Notes: generated by a model not told the origin, from the letters alone. DNA of 64,000 nt from a bacterium (GCA_963675755.2 CAXXMD010000002.1:1-64000), one strand, 5' to 3'; positions 40,464 through 51,299 are shown, numbered from the stretch's first letter. Program-made: numbers and translations.

Positions 40464-41885
40464 ATGGAACGCAGAGATTTTTTTTCATCGGGATTGTTGC
40501 TGGGAATTGGAACCTTGCCGGCAAGTTACGGGATTTCAGAAGAAGTAAATTCCTCTACAAATGAGCTGCTGGATGAAATACTTACCATGCCCAATTTTTG
40601 CAGTCACGAACATTGGGGCAGTGTTGCATCCATCGGTAATAACAAAAATGGATATCTTGCCGATCTCAAACCCGGTGCGTTACCTTCAAGAAAGACCAAC
40701 CTGGTTGATCTGATCATCGATCCCTATATGAATGAAAATTTACGCAACAATGGTATTACTCCGGATGAAATACTATTGGATAATGGAACCAAAGCAGATA
40801 TTTTTCAACTGGCGCAAAAGAATGGTGCCGGGTGTGTACCCTTGCTCCGAAAAATCCTTGCTCCACAACAGTTCACCGGTATTTATATGTGCTTGCGGGA
40901 GGGTATGCGGTTTGCTTATGATGTGGATATCCATGAAATGGATGCTGGTTTGTTTCGCCAAACCAGTCAAACTGTTGCCGCAAATTATGCCGATTTGTTC
41001 AGTTGGTACAAGAAACTGATGCAAAAAGCACATTTTACCCGGCTGATACGTCCTGTCCATCCCGAATTTTATTTTTCAACAAATACTATAAAGGCTGCTG
41101 CAGAAATGGCCTTTACCGATACGGTTCTGCGCATTGATCCGTTATTAGACATGTATAAAGATTCTGAAAGAAGGCAAAATCTTACCCGGTTAACCGGAGT
41201 CGAACCCGTGGATGCGGCATCATGGCGGCTGTTTCTCGAAAAGATATTCCAGGCTGTAAAAGATAAGGGAGCTGTGGGCATCAAGCAGCTGCAGGCGTAC
41301 CGTCGTGATCTCGACTTTAAGTTCCACGAGGACAGTGAAGTCCAATTCAATTCCAAGCTGACAAAGCCGGAAATAAATACATTCAAGAACTGGGTTGTTC
41401 ATGAATGCTGCAAGCTGGCAGATGATTTGAACTGGCCGCACCAGGTGCATGTGGGTACCGACAATATGCCCCATTCCAATCCGTTACCATTGGCTGGATT
41501 GGCCCGCAGATACAAAAATCAAAAAATTGTCATGCTCCATTGCTGGCCGTTTTTACAGGAATCCGCGTATCTTGCCAAGAAACACTCCAACATCTATATC
41601 GACACCTGCTGGCAGCCCATTCTGAATCCCGAGTTTTTGGTGCAATCGCTCGGACTCTGGTTGAATTATGTGCCCCTGAACAAGATCACTATGGGCAATG
41701 ACGCCACATCCATTGAGATGGCAGTGGGCTCGTCAATACTTGCAAAGCATATACTCGCCTTTGTGCTGGACCATTTTGGCGCAAACAGCAATATTGAGAA
41801 AAAACAGTTATTACAAACTGCAATTGATTTTCTGCACAACAATGCGGTGAATATTTATGGGATTGGTGAAAGCCAGTCTATTTAG
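40464..41885 (+). CDS. Tat-exported amidohydrolase-superfamily protein
   Basis: RRDFF, SHEH, GAVGIK..AY.R, QVHVG, MLHCWP, YIDTCW, GND. Confidence 0.8.
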   Translation: MERRDFFSSGLLLGIGTLPASYGISEEVNSSTNELLDEILTMPNFCSHEHWGSVASIGNNKNGYLADLKPGALPSRKTNLVDLIIDPYMNENLRNNGITPDEILLDNGTKADIFQLAQKNGAGCVPLLRKILAPQQFTGIYMCLREGMRFAYDVDIHEMDAGLFRQTSQTVAANYADLFSWYKKLMQKAHFTRLIRPVHPEFYFSTNTIKAAAEMAFTDTVLRIDPLLDMYKDSERRQNLTRLTGVEPVDAASWRLFLEKIFQAVKDKGAVGIKQLQAYRRDLDFKFHEDSEVQFNSKLTKPEINTFKNWVVHECCKLADDLNWPHQVHVGTDNMPHSNPLPLAGLARRYKNQKIVMLHCWPFLQESAYLAKKHSNIYIDTCWQPILNPEFLVQSLGLWLNYVPLNKITMGNDATSIEMAVGSSILAKHILAFVLDHFGANSNIEKKQLLQTAIDFLHNNAVNIYGIGESQSI

Positions 41886-41903
41886 ATAATTTTAACCGGG
41901 CTA

Positions 41904-42410
41904 GTGGTATTGATACGTACTAGAAAAATATTATTATTTCTTATAATTGTTCTCTCCTTTTTTAATTGTCTAAATAAGGAAAGGTTTGCAGTAAAAGATC
42001 CACATGATCCGTTTGGACTTGCCGGTAAAATAAGTGTAAGGATTGTATCTGCCAAAGATGGTACTCCGTTAAGTCATGTCAGATTAAAAATAAATGAAAA
42101 GGATATATGCACTGGCAATTATAAATTCAAACGTGTCGTTTTTGAATTCTGTGATCAAAAGAAAGAAGGAGAGTATGAGTGTCTGATTTTCTCTGAAGGA
42201 TTCGTACTTTTGAATGACAGCGCAGTTGTATCAAATCAATCCTTTACATTGGAATTACCCTTAAAATTCTATTACAAGCTGAAATCAAAGCCTGTTCTTG
42301 TACTAAATCCCGAGGTCAATTTTATAATCGCCAGTTATTCATATTATAACAACGAGGGTGGGGAGATACCAATTACCGATCTGGGTGTAATCGAACTGGA
42401 TGTTGAGTAA
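41904..42410 (+). CDS. Hypothetical lipoprotein
   Basis: Signal peptide ending FNC; no recognised domain. Confidence 0.5.
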   Translation: MVLIRTRKILLFLIIVLSFFNCLNKERFAVKDPHDPFGLAGKISVRIVSAKDGTPLSHVRLKINEKDICTGNYKFKRVVFEFCDQKKEGEYECLIFSEGFVLLNDSAVVSNQSFTLELPLKFYYKLKSKPVLVLNPEVNFIIASYSYYNNEGGEIPITDLGVIELDVE

Positions 42411-42498
42411 CGTTCTCCTCGTCAATAATCCTTGTTTTTCATAAAAATTGTATTTACTTATAAAAACAATCCTTTCTGCTTTTCATAATTTAAAGGGC

Positions 42499-43815
42499 AT
42501 GTCCATGAAAAATAAATCTATCTTCTTTTTTCTATTCTTTGCAATACCACTCTTTGCCGGGGAAACTATGACTCCCATGTTTAACGGTGAAGACCTAACC
42601 GGATGGGTAAATGTCAACTGTGCACCTGAAACCTGGACTGTTGAAGACGGTATGATCAAATGTACCGGATTACCAATTGGAGTATTGCGAACTGAAAAGA
42701 TGTATGAAAATTTTATCATGGAGCTGGACTATAAACACATGCAGGAAAAAGGCAATGCCGGTGTGTTTATCCATTCTGCTCCGTTGCCGGTAACGGGCAA
42801 GCCTTTTACCAAATCTCACGAAATACAGATTCTTGATGGTCGCTATACGGAAAACTATACCAGTGACGGCGATATCTTTTCAATCCAGGGCGCGTTTATG
42901 GTGCCAAATCCCATCCATCCCAACGGTTGGATGCGCTCATTACCGCAGGAACGACGTGCGAATCCGGTAGGCGAGTGGAACCATTATCGTATTGAGAGTA
43001 GAGACGGTACAGTAACCCTGGCTGTTAATGGCAAGGTGGTAACCCGTGCATATGATTTGAATCCCCGAAAAGGATATATTTGCCTGGAAGCTGAGGGATC
43101 TTTGATTTATTTTCGTGATGTAAAGATCATGGAACTGCCGGGTACCAATCCCCCTCAGGATGTGATTGCAGAATCAGACAATGGATTTGTTTCACTGTTT
43201 ACAGGACTCGATCTTCGCGGTTGGAAACAGGTCCCAGGCAATAAAGACCACTGGATTGTCAAAGACGGAGTGATTGTCTATGATGGTAAAAGTAAAGCAG
43301 AGGGAGAAGATAAACATCTTTGGACAGAAAAATCCTATGGTAATTTTATATTAATGGTGGACTGGCGCCAGCCCATGGAACCATTTGTTGATAATGTACC
43401 GGTTATTTTACCTGATGGATCTACGCTGAAGGATGAAAAGGGCAAAGAAATCACCATTCCGGTCAAAGACGCTGGCGACAGTGGGATTTATATACGCGGA
43501 CATTCAAAGAACCAGATTAATATCTGGAATTGGCCGGTGGGTTCGGGTGAGATTTGGGGATATCGTACTGATCAGTCCATACCGCCACATATAAGACGAG
43601 ACGCTACTCCGATTGTGAATGCTGATAATCCCATTGGCAAGTGGAACCGGTTTGTAATAACCGTAATAGATGAAACAGTATCCGTTGAACTAAATGGCGT
43701 TACTGTTATCCGAAATGCACATCTTCCGGGTATGGCGAAAACAGGTCCTATTGCGTTACAGCACCATGGAGATCCAATTGAATTTACCAATATTTACATC
43801 AAGGAATTAAATTAA
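42499..43815 (+). CDS. Tandem DUF1080 (3-keto-glycoside hydrolase/hydratase-like) protein
   Basis: Two copies of FxGxDLxGW...YxNFxL...N/DSG...WN; GPIALQHHG. Confidence 0.88.
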   Translation: MSMKNKSIFFFLFFAIPLFAGETMTPMFNGEDLTGWVNVNCAPETWTVEDGMIKCTGLPIGVLRTEKMYENFIMELDYKHMQEKGNAGVFIHSAPLPVTGKPFTKSHEIQILDGRYTENYTSDGDIFSIQGAFMVPNPIHPNGWMRSLPQERRANPVGEWNHYRIESRDGTVTLAVNGKVVTRAYDLNPRKGYICLEAEGSLIYFRDVKIMELPGTNPPQDVIAESDNGFVSLFTGLDLRGWKQVPGNKDHWIVKDGVIVYDGKSKAEGEDKHLWTEKSYGNFILMVDWRQPMEPFVDNVPVILPDGSTLKDEKGKEITIPVKDAGDSGIYIRGHSKNQINIWNWPVGSGEIWGYRTDQSIPPHIRRDATPIVNADNPIGKWNRFVITVIDETVSVELNGVTVIRNAHLPGMAKTGPIALQHHGDPIEFTNIYIKELN

Positions 43816-43837
43816 TACACATATACAGGAGGTTGTG

Positions 43838-45103
43838 ATGGAGTCCAAAATCACACGCAGAGAATTTATAGGAACAACCGCTGCGGCGGGTGCAGGACTG
43901 ACAATGGCTTGCAGTTCCAGCAGTGTAAGCAGTTATAAAAGGATTATTGGTGCAAATGACCGTATATCAATTGGCATTATTGGCTGCGGCAGCAGGGGGA
44001 CCGAGGCGCACATGCCGGGCATACAAAAACATGTAGAAGAAATGAATTTTGAAGTTACAGCTGTTTGCGATCCATATCGTGTAGCAAGAGAAAAGGCCAA
44101 TTCCCTGGCAAAAGAATGTTATGGCAGAGACACCCGTCAGTTTGTTTCTCATCTCGATTTGTTGGCATTAAAAGATGTTGACGCGGTTATGATTGCTTCC
44201 TGTGATCACCAACATGCCACACATTTGTTAAATGCTGCCAAAGCCGGCAAGGATATGTATACGGAAAAACCGCTTGGCATGGATTTTAAAACCGTTAAAA
44301 AAGCTGTCAAAGCAGTCAAGGAAGCTGGTTCCATTTGCCAGGTTGGAACACAACTGCGAAGTATGGCTTCGTTTACCGGGTGTAAAGAGTTGTACAAATC
44401 CGGGATATTGGGCAAAGTGAGCCGGGTAGAACAAAACCGCAATACCGGTCGGCCCTATTGGTATTCTTATATCAAGGATGTAAAAAAACAAGATCTGGAT
44501 TGGAAAGAGTTCTTGTTCAATCGTCCATTTCGTCCCTTTGATCCTGTTCAACACTCTGCATGGTACGGATATCGTGATTTTTCTGATGGCCCGGTTCCGC
44601 AGTGGGGTGTTCATTATCTCGATTTGGTGCATTACATTACCGGTACCAGTTTTCCGGAAAGTTGCGTGTGTTTAGGTACTACTTCCACCTGGAAAGATGA
44701 ACATCATTTTGATGTACCTGATAACATTGAAGCAACCTGGATTTACCCTGAAGGATTTATGGTACATTATTCTACCAACTGTGGAAACAGCTTTGGAAAC
44801 ACTTTCAAGATTTATGGTGACCAGGGTGTATTGAAAATGGACCATTGGAGCGAACCCGTACTTACCGCAGAGGGAGGAACTCAAAATAAAGGTGTTATCC
44901 GGGGAGAGCAGCCTGTAGAAGGTATAGAACGTCCTGATCATTTTCTGAACTGGTTACAATGTTTACGATCAAAAGAAACACCGCATGCATCCATTGATAC
45001 AGGATTGCAGCACATGGTAGCTGTTGAAATGGCGAGGATGTCATTTGATGAAGGCAGAAAAACAGTATTTGATAAAGATAAATTAAAAGTAAAAACTGTC
45101 TAA
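43838..45103 (+). CDS. Tat-exported Gfo/Idh/MocA oxidoreductase
   Basis: TRREFI, GANDRI.IGIIGCG, EKP, QVGTQ.RS, WGVHYLD. Confidence 0.92.
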   Translation: MESKITRREFIGTTAAAGAGLTMACSSSSVSSYKRIIGANDRISIGIIGCGSRGTEAHMPGIQKHVEEMNFEVTAVCDPYRVAREKANSLAKECYGRDTRQFVSHLDLLALKDVDAVMIASCDHQHATHLLNAAKAGKDMYTEKPLGMDFKTVKKAVKAVKEAGSICQVGTQLRSMASFTGCKELYKSGILGKVSRVEQNRNTGRPYWYSYIKDVKKQDLDWKEFLFNRPFRPFDPVQHSAWYGYRDFSDGPVPQWGVHYLDLVHYITGTSFPESCVCLGTTSTWKDEHHFDVPDNIEATWIYPEGFMVHYSTNCGNSFGNTFKIYGDQGVLKMDHWSEPVLTAEGGTQNKGVIRGEQPVEGIERPDHFLNWLQCLRSKETPHASIDTGLQHMVAVEMARMSFDEGRKTVFDKDKLKVKTV

Positions 45104-45122
45104 TTACAATCTTTTCTAAAAT

Positions 45123-45159
45123 AAAAAACCCGGTTATCTAAAGACAACCGGGTTTTTTT
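45123..45159. terminator. Bidirectional intrinsic terminator
   Basis: A6-CCCGGTT...AACCGGG-T7 between convergent genes. Confidence 0.8.
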
Positions 45160-45175
45160 ATAATCAATATATAAT

Positions 45176-46210
45176 CTAGATCGAATCAAAATGTTCCTGA
45201 AAATTGGCTTCAGTTTTCAAATCTTCGATCATGGTTTCATATGTTTCCTGACGTTTGGTTTGTTTCAAACGAGCTTCCAGCTCAGTTTTAACTTCGTCAA
45301 GTGGTTTGGTTTCTTTTTTACGATCCATGATTTTGATAATATGATAACCGTATTGGGTTTCAACCAGATCACTGATTGAACCGATAGGAAGATTAAAAGA
45401 TGCATCTTCAAATGGTTTAACCATACGACCTTTGGTAAAATCTTCGTAAAGACCGCCATTGTCTTTTGAACCAGGATCTTCAGAATATTCTTTAGCAAGA
45501 GCGGCAAAATCTTCACCATCTTTGGCACGCTTTAGAATTTCTTCTGCTTTTGCTTTTACTTCTTGTTTTTCTTCATCGGTTTTACCCTGAGTCATAAAAA
45601 GGATATGACGAACTGAAGCTGATTTATCTTCATTGTATGCTTGTTCAAGTTCTTCATCAGAAACGGTGAGATTGGTTTCTACATTGTTTTTAATGAATTC
45701 TTGTATATGCATAGACATACGAACATCATTTTCTACATAGGGTAAATCAAAACCCTGTTGTTCAATAAATTCAACAAATTGTTCTTTGCCGCCTCTGCTC
45801 TGATAGAATCTTTCCAATTGTGCGTTAACAGTACTATCTGAAACAGTAATACCTTCTTTTTTGGCTTTGGCATAGAGTAATTTCTTTTCAGCTTCGCCAT
45901 TAGCACCCTGTTCCAGAACCGCTTTTAAACGATCTACCGGAAGACTGGTAATATTATCTTTGAATCTGCCAAATGCTGAATAAACGCCAGGCATAATATC
46001 ATACGACCAAATTGTAAAATCATTTGAAGTAACAAGTTTTACAGCTTTATCAGGATTCAAGGCTTTAATACCCAAAGAATCACTAACGGTTTTAAAGAAA
46101 CTGTACTGATCAGATTCTTTAGCAAAAGGGAGTTTGGGTCCTTTTTGTCCACAGCCGGCCAGCATGGCAATCAACAATATTATTCCAGTAAGAGTAAAAA
46201 GTTTTTTCAT
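45176..46210 (-). CDS. Parvulin-type peptidyl-prolyl isomerase lipoprotein (PrsA/SurA-like)
   Basis: Lipobox LAGC; VRHIL, FAALAKEYSEDPGS..GG, MVKPFE, TQYGYHII. Confidence 0.92.
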   Translation of the reverse strand: MKKLFTLTGIILLIAMLAGCGQKGPKLPFAKESDQYSFFKTVSDSLGIKALNPDKAVKLVTSNDFTIWSYDIMPGVYSAFGRFKDNITSLPVDRLKAVLEQGANGEAEKKLLYAKAKKEGITVSDSTVNAQLERFYQSRGGKEQFVEFIEQQGFDLPYVENDVRMSMHIQEFIKNNVETNLTVSDEELEQAYNEDKSASVRHILFMTQGKTDEEKQEVKAKAEEILKRAKDGEDFAALAKEYSEDPGSKDNGGLYEDFTKGRMVKPFEDASFNLPIGSISDLVETQYGYHIIKIMDRKKETKPLDEVKTELEARLKQTKRQETYETMIEDLKTEANFQEHFDSI

Positions 46211-46403
46211 TACAATCTCCGGTTTATAATTATTAAAATTATCAACTATGAATATATGAAATTAATGGGGGAATCCCTATAATTTTTTGTTAATTTATCA
46301 AATATTCAATAAAAACCAAACTGATTTTGTTTGGAATCGTGTTTTATACGTGTGATGGATTAAAAAGTTCAAAGTTTTATGTGTTTTGTTTTAACATATT
46401 TTA

Positions 46404-46911
46404 TATTTCTAGAATTGTCGAAATAAATACATTCAACTTTAAATTAATTATATTTCTAGAAATATAGAAATGATATATCAAAAAAAACTAGTAATCAATT
46501 CCCTTGCAGCAATTTTCCTGTAAATACAGCAAGACATCATTAAGCGCACGATACTGAGCTATGCAATAGAGTGTACGGCTTTTGCGTGTTTGTTTAACAA
46601 GTCCAACATTTACCATGCGGGAGATATGGTGAGAGAGTGTAGAGTTGGGGATTTGTAAAGCCTTTTGCACTTCACCTACCGGTAATCCCTGGTCACCGGC
46701 TTGAATCAATGTTCGGTATATAGCAAGACGGTGTACATGCCCCAATTCCGCCAGACGATTTGCGATTGTTTCATCATAATTAAACATATTAAAAGGTAAT
46801 GAATAGATTCATATTTGTCAACTATATTTTTAGAATTATCGAAATAATATTAATTCTTGTAAATAGTTGTTAATAAATTCATCTTTTTATTGTTTTAATA
46901 ATATCGAAATA
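46404..46911. promoter_or_regulatory. Four ArsR-type operator-like palindromes flanking arsR (46404-46425, 46451-46472, 46825-46846, 46890-46911)
   Basis: Consensus TATTTC-N10-GAAATA, e.g. TATTTCTAGAATTGTCGAAATA and TATTTTTAGAATTATCGAAATA. Confidence 0.6.
46488..46787 (-). CDS. arsR: ArsR/SmtB regulator with C-terminal CC (As(III)-sensing type)
   Basis: LAELGH..RL.IYR.L..AG..GL.VG, STLSHH, ENCC. Confidence 0.85.
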   Translation of the reverse strand: MFNYDETIANRLAELGHVHRLAIYRTLIQAGDQGLPVGEVQKALQIPNSTLSHHISRMVNVGLVKQTRKSRTLYCIAQYRALNDVLLYLQENCCKGIDY

Positions 46912-46915
46912 TCTA

Positions 46916-47323
46916 TTATTTGTTTTCCTGAGGTTCCGGATCCATATACAACAATTCCCAGGTATGCCCGTCAAGATCCTGAAATCCGTGTCCATACATG
47001 AATCCATAGTCTTGCGGATCGTTGTAAACTGTACCGCCTGCTCTGATGGCATCCCGTACTAACTCGTCCACTTTGGCCCGTTCGTTTACTGTGAGACTTA
47101 ATAGAACTTCAGTATTTTGGGTAGCATCTGATATGGGTTTGGGTGAAAATGTTTTAAATTTATCTTCTGTGAGAAGCATAACAAATATATTTTCAGAAAC
47201 CGTCATGCAGGTACCGGTTTCGTCTGTAAATTGCGGATCAAAAGTAAACCCCATTTTGCTGAAAAATGCTATGGATGCATCGAGGTCTTTGACAGGCAGA
47301 TTGATATATATCTGATTTATCAT
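46916..47323 (-). CDS. VOC/glyoxalase family protein
   Basis: INLPVKDL, VMLL, GFMYGHGFQDLDGHTWE. Confidence 0.9.
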   Translation of the reverse strand: MINQIYINLPVKDLDASIAFFSKMGFTFDPQFTDETGTCMTVSENIFVMLLTEDKFKTFSPKPISDATQNTEVLLSLTVNERAKVDELVRDAIRAGGTVYNDPQDYGFMYGHGFQDLDGHTWELLYMDPEPQENK

Positions 47324-47475
47324 GATTTACCTCTATTAATAGTAAATAGCGTGTATTATTGTTTTAATTTATTATTGATTAGAATTTTTAAACAATAATA
47401 TAGAGTTAAATCATCCAATAGCATGATCTATTTGGATTGATGCTTTATTCTGCTTATTATGTTGAAAAGTTAATG

Positions 47476-48021
47476 TTAACGAAAATATCCCAGGGCAATA
47501 TTAAAACATATATTACCATAAGAGGCATTAGGGTTATAATTGCCTGTTAGTTCTAAACCGGCACCTGGTCCCCAGGAATGATGAAGTAAAAGTTGTATTT
47601 TTACAATTGCTCCAGGTTTGTGATTTTTAGTAATTGTTCCATATTCAATTGTTTCTGTATTGTATGTTCTTTTTGTATATGATAATCCGGTATTTACAAT
47701 CAAGTCTATATATTTTGCTGATTCAGTATAACCAATTGTAGCCCATAGACTTTCAACTGAATGACAATCTGTTCCTAATGCATCAATACCAATAGCGCCT
47801 TTATATTTATAATGGATATAATGTAAGCCTGCATTAACATAAATTAAATCACTCAGTTTGTATTTATTTTGTAATTGAACATCACTTATTCCCGCTCCTG
47901 CCTGCAGCCAGATAGAATTGCGATTTTGTATTTGTTCATCCCAGTTGTTTTCCTGGGTTTCCTGTGCTGTTAATAATACAGGAGAGAAAAATAAAAGTAT
48001 CAGTAGAATCTTTTTTATCAT
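47476..48021 (-). CDS. Hypothetical exported protein, possible small beta-barrel
   Basis: Signal peptide; alternating hydrophobic strands; aromatic C-terminus. Confidence 0.55.
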   Translation of the reverse strand: MIKKILLILLFFSPVLLTAQETQENNWDEQIQNRNSIWLQAGAGISDVQLQNKYKLSDLIYVNAGLHYIHYKYKGAIGIDALGTDCHSVESLWATIGYTESAKYIDLIVNTGLSYTKRTYNTETIEYGTITKNHKPGAIVKIQLLLHHSWGPGAGLELTGNYNPNASYGNICFNIALGYFR

Positions 48022-48033
48022 AATACCCCCAAG

Positions 48034-48930
48034 TTAAAAGAAATCATGCAGTTTGAATTCCATTACCAATCCGAATTTGATATATAAAAAGGTCTTGAAT
48101 ACATCATTGTCAAAGTCATGAAACGTTTCCGCGTCCCAGAATACGAGACCGGGGGAAATATACCCGCCAAGATTTACATCATAAAATTGTGCAATGTTAA
48201 CCCCGGTACCAATATATAGTTCATTGCCACTGAGAATGTCCCATGTGATTCTGTCCCGGTCAATATATCCGCCATTTATAGTTTCTTCAATGATTATTGG
48301 GTTTTTGTATTTCCAGTACATGAAATTTTTAAACGAAACGCCTAAAAACATATTCAGGCCCATAAATGTATGTGGCGGCGTGGTATACGCTTTTACTTCA
48401 ATACCCGCACTGATAATCTTGACACTGTTTTTGATTGAATACGCGTACTGGTTTGTGTGGGAAACCGGTGCCCAGGCATACTCGAGATAAATTTTCAGCA
48501 ATGTCTTTTTATTGATATGCCCTGCTATATACAAATTAACATTTTGTATACCTGTATAATCCCCGCTGTTTAACAACCCCGAGCCTATTTTTAAACCCAG
48601 ATACCCGGTATTGTATTCTTTGTCTTCCTCGGGATCAAAATGTTGAGGTGGTGAAAGAGGGTTGGGTGTATGCTTTATCTCATTTTTTCTTTCTTCATTG
48701 TTTGCAAAATTTCTGGTTTCCTGAAAGTCATTATACTCGTCTTCAAGGTATTGATCATAGACATCTGTCTCTGTTTCAATGGTTCTGTCGCCCTCGTGCC
48801 CGTCTGATGCTTTTTCCATTGCTTCAGAAAGAGAGCCCCGGCTTGTATTGCTTGCTGTACTACAGTGCAATATTGTAATAGAGGTTATTAACAATATCAA
48901 TAGTTTTAGATAGTTTATAAGAGATTTCAT
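48034..48930 (-). CDS. Hypothetical lipoprotein/outer-membrane protein
   Basis: Signal ending LHC, acidic linker, beta-rich C-terminal half. Confidence 0.55.
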   Translation of the reverse strand: MKSLINYLKLLILLITSITILHCSTASNTSRGSLSEAMEKASDGHEGDRTIETETDVYDQYLEDEYNDFQETRNFANNEERKNEIKHTPNPLSPPQHFDPEEDKEYNTGYLGLKIGSGLLNSGDYTGIQNVNLYIAGHINKKTLLKIYLEYAWAPVSHTNQYAYSIKNSVKIISAGIEVKAYTTPPHTFMGLNMFLGVSFKNFMYWKYKNPIIIEETINGGYIDRDRITWDILSGNELYIGTGVNIAQFYDVNLGGYISPGLVFWDAETFHDFDNDVFKTFLYIKFGLVMEFKLHDFF

Positions 48931-48947
48931 TTACCCCTCAATGGTAT

Positions 48948-49670
48948 CTATTCTATTCTTTTGGTTCCTTGAATTATATTGCCTGTGTACAGCCGCATAA
49001 CGTACTCTAGTCCGGTTTGTTGTTTTATCATTTGGTTCAGGTCTTTGAATGAATTCAGGGCTTTTTGATCTTTGAATGATTCTCCGGGAATATATATATT
49101 CAGAAACAGGGTGTCAGATTCTATTGTCAGTTCAACATGCTTTTGATGGCTTTTATCAAAAAAGCCGGACTTTATAAATGTTTCCCCCAAATCCATAACA
49201 GTTTGGTCTTTTATCTGTTTTTTTGGATAAAGGATCTCATGTTGTATGGTTCCGAATGTCATAGTTTCCGTATTGGGATTGGGTATCAATACAAACAATA
49301 TAAAAAATACAACAAAAAGGGCTATCCCAATCAGGCTCCATAAAAATCCATCTTTAAAAGTAGATGGGAGAATACCCTGTTCAATACTGGCATCAATTGC
49401 TTCTCCCTGTAGCTTTTTAGCCAGTGCTCCGGTTAAAAATGCAATAATGAGTGGAATGATAGCAGAAGGTGTATTGGAAACCCAATTTCCCGGTAGCAAA
49501 ATCGCAATTCCCATCAATGCAATTGTAAATATAAAACCTATAACAAGAGAAAGTTTGGCTTTTAAGGGTTCGTTAAAGATTTTAAAATTCCTGTAAAACA
49601 GGATAGCTCCTGCCCAGGGACCTCCGATCAATGTTACAGCTCTGATAGTGTTGATTGTATAGATTTTCAT
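48948..49670 (-). CDS. Hypothetical membrane protein
   Basis: GGP.AG...NFK, four TM segments, soluble C-terminal domain. Confidence 0.6.
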   Translation of the reverse strand: MKIYTINTIRAVTLIGGPWAGAILFYRNFKIFNEPLKAKLSLVIGFIFTIALMGIAILLPGNWVSNTPSAIIPLIIAFLTGALAKKLQGEAIDASIEQGILPSTFKDGFLWSLIGIALFVVFFILFVLIPNPNTETMTFGTIQHEILYPKKQIKDQTVMDLGETFIKSGFFDKSHQKHVELTIESDTLFLNIYIPGESFKDQKALNSFKDLNQMIKQQTGLEYVMRLYTGNIIQGTKRIE

Positions 49671-49919
49671 TAAAACATCCCCATGTGAAACCAAAGTAGT
49701 AAAAAACTCCCCATCCCTGTTGTTAATATTTTAAAATAGGAGAATAAATTAAAAAATGCAAGAAAATCAGAGTCGATCTAGCTCTTGTATGTTATTAAAA
49801 ATTTTCAAGAAATATATTGTAAAGAAGAAGGAATTTTATTATATAGATATTAAGCAAATTTTATTTGTTTGTACCTTTCAAAATAATAAACCAAAATTCA
49901 AATAATTATATAAAAACTT

Positions 49920-51092
49920 ATGCTTTTGTCACTTTCTATACTGGGTATAATTTTATCAATCATACTGGTTTCTTTCAATATCAGGAAATTCTCTTCATCT
50001 TTTTATCTGGGCGGTTTCTTTTTTCTGGTGAGTTTATATGCTTTTATCGAATATGTGGTATTGTATTCGAAATCGGTTTTTCTGGTTGGGCTTGTGTTTA
50101 TCAATTTTGGATTTCCTACATATCTTATCGGACCCATGGTGTACTGGTATGTCCGCAGTGTTTTGACTGACAAATCCCGGTTGTTTAAACGGGATTTATG
50201 GCATTTTGTACCCATGCTTTTAGTATTGTTTGGATCACTCCATTATATGACTACATCCTGGGCTTATAAAAAGGTGATTGCTACCAGTATTATTCAGAAT
50301 TTTGAACAGGTAAAATCCATTTCAAATCTGTTTGTGTTTAATATTTTTTCCAAAGCCTTTGCATACTGGTTTCGTCCGGTACAGATCATAGTGTATACTT
50401 TATTGTGCATAGTATTGTTGCTTCGGTACAAAAGACAGATGAAAAATGAACAGTTTGTTGCAGGACAGCATTTTATGCTTAACTGGCTAACATTGTTACT
50501 GGGATTTTTGTTCATATTAAATTCAAGTCATACCATACAGATTTTTGCAAGTTTTACCTTGAAAAATTTATTGTTATTTAACAGCATGAACAGCCTGTTA
50601 GTTATTTCCGCTTTAGGCTTGGCGGGTTTGTTAATTTCTCCATTTTTCTTTCCTTCAATCCTGTATGGAATGCCCCGCTGGTCACAGCCCCAATCTACTC
50701 CCCCAAATAACAACCCTGTCAAACCCGGCTTTGAATCCGATTACCTGAAACAGCTCGGTAAAAGTATTGAAACCTGTATGCGGGAAAAACAATTTTTTTT
50801 AAACAAAGATTGCAACCTTGCCAGTTTCTCCAAAGTGCTGAATATCCCCGCGCATCATCTTGCTTATTATTTTAAAGAAGTGAAAAAACAAACTTTCAAT
50901 GATTACCGGAATGAATTACGTATTAAACATGCAAAACAATTGTTACGCGAAGGCAAAGCAAAAGAATTAACTCTGGAAGGTATTGGGCAATTGTCTGGAT
51001 TCTCTTCCCGTATTACATTTTTCAATGCATTTAAAAAGTATGAAAGTGTATCTCCTGGTGCTTTTTTAGCTCAACTGGAAATCGAGTATTAA
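49920..51092 (+). CDS. Membrane-anchored AraC family regulator
   Basis: About 7 TM segments (LIGP, LWHFVP); C-terminal FNDYRNELRI, SGFSSRITFFNAFKK. Confidence 0.9.
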   Translation: MLLSLSILGIILSIILVSFNIRKFSSSFYLGGFFFLVSLYAFIEYVVLYSKSVFLVGLVFINFGFPTYLIGPMVYWYVRSVLTDKSRLFKRDLWHFVPMLLVLFGSLHYMTTSWAYKKVIATSIIQNFEQVKSISNLFVFNIFSKAFAYWFRPVQIIVYTLLCIVLLLRYKRQMKNEQFVAGQHFMLNWLTLLLGFLFILNSSHTIQIFASFTLKNLLLFNSMNSLLVISALGLAGLLISPFFFPSILYGMPRWSQPQSTPPNNNPVKPGFESDYLKQLGKSIETCMREKQFFLNKDCNLASFSKVLNIPAHHLAYYFKEVKKQTFNDYRNELRIKHAKQLLREGKAKELTLEGIGQLSGFSSRITFFNAFKKYESVSPGAFLAQLEIEY

Positions 51093-51299
51093 CCTCATCT
51101 TGCCTTTTTTATATCCTCTTTGTTTCATTTTTCAAAATCAAAACACCCGTAACTCATTTCTTAATTTTTAATTATTTATATTCCACTCTGATTTTAGATA
51201 TTTGCTCGTGTGGGATTATCGGGGCAAAATAATAATTTAAATTATTTGAATTGGGTTTGTAAATCTGAAAAAATCAAAACATTCAGGAGGTTTAGGATT

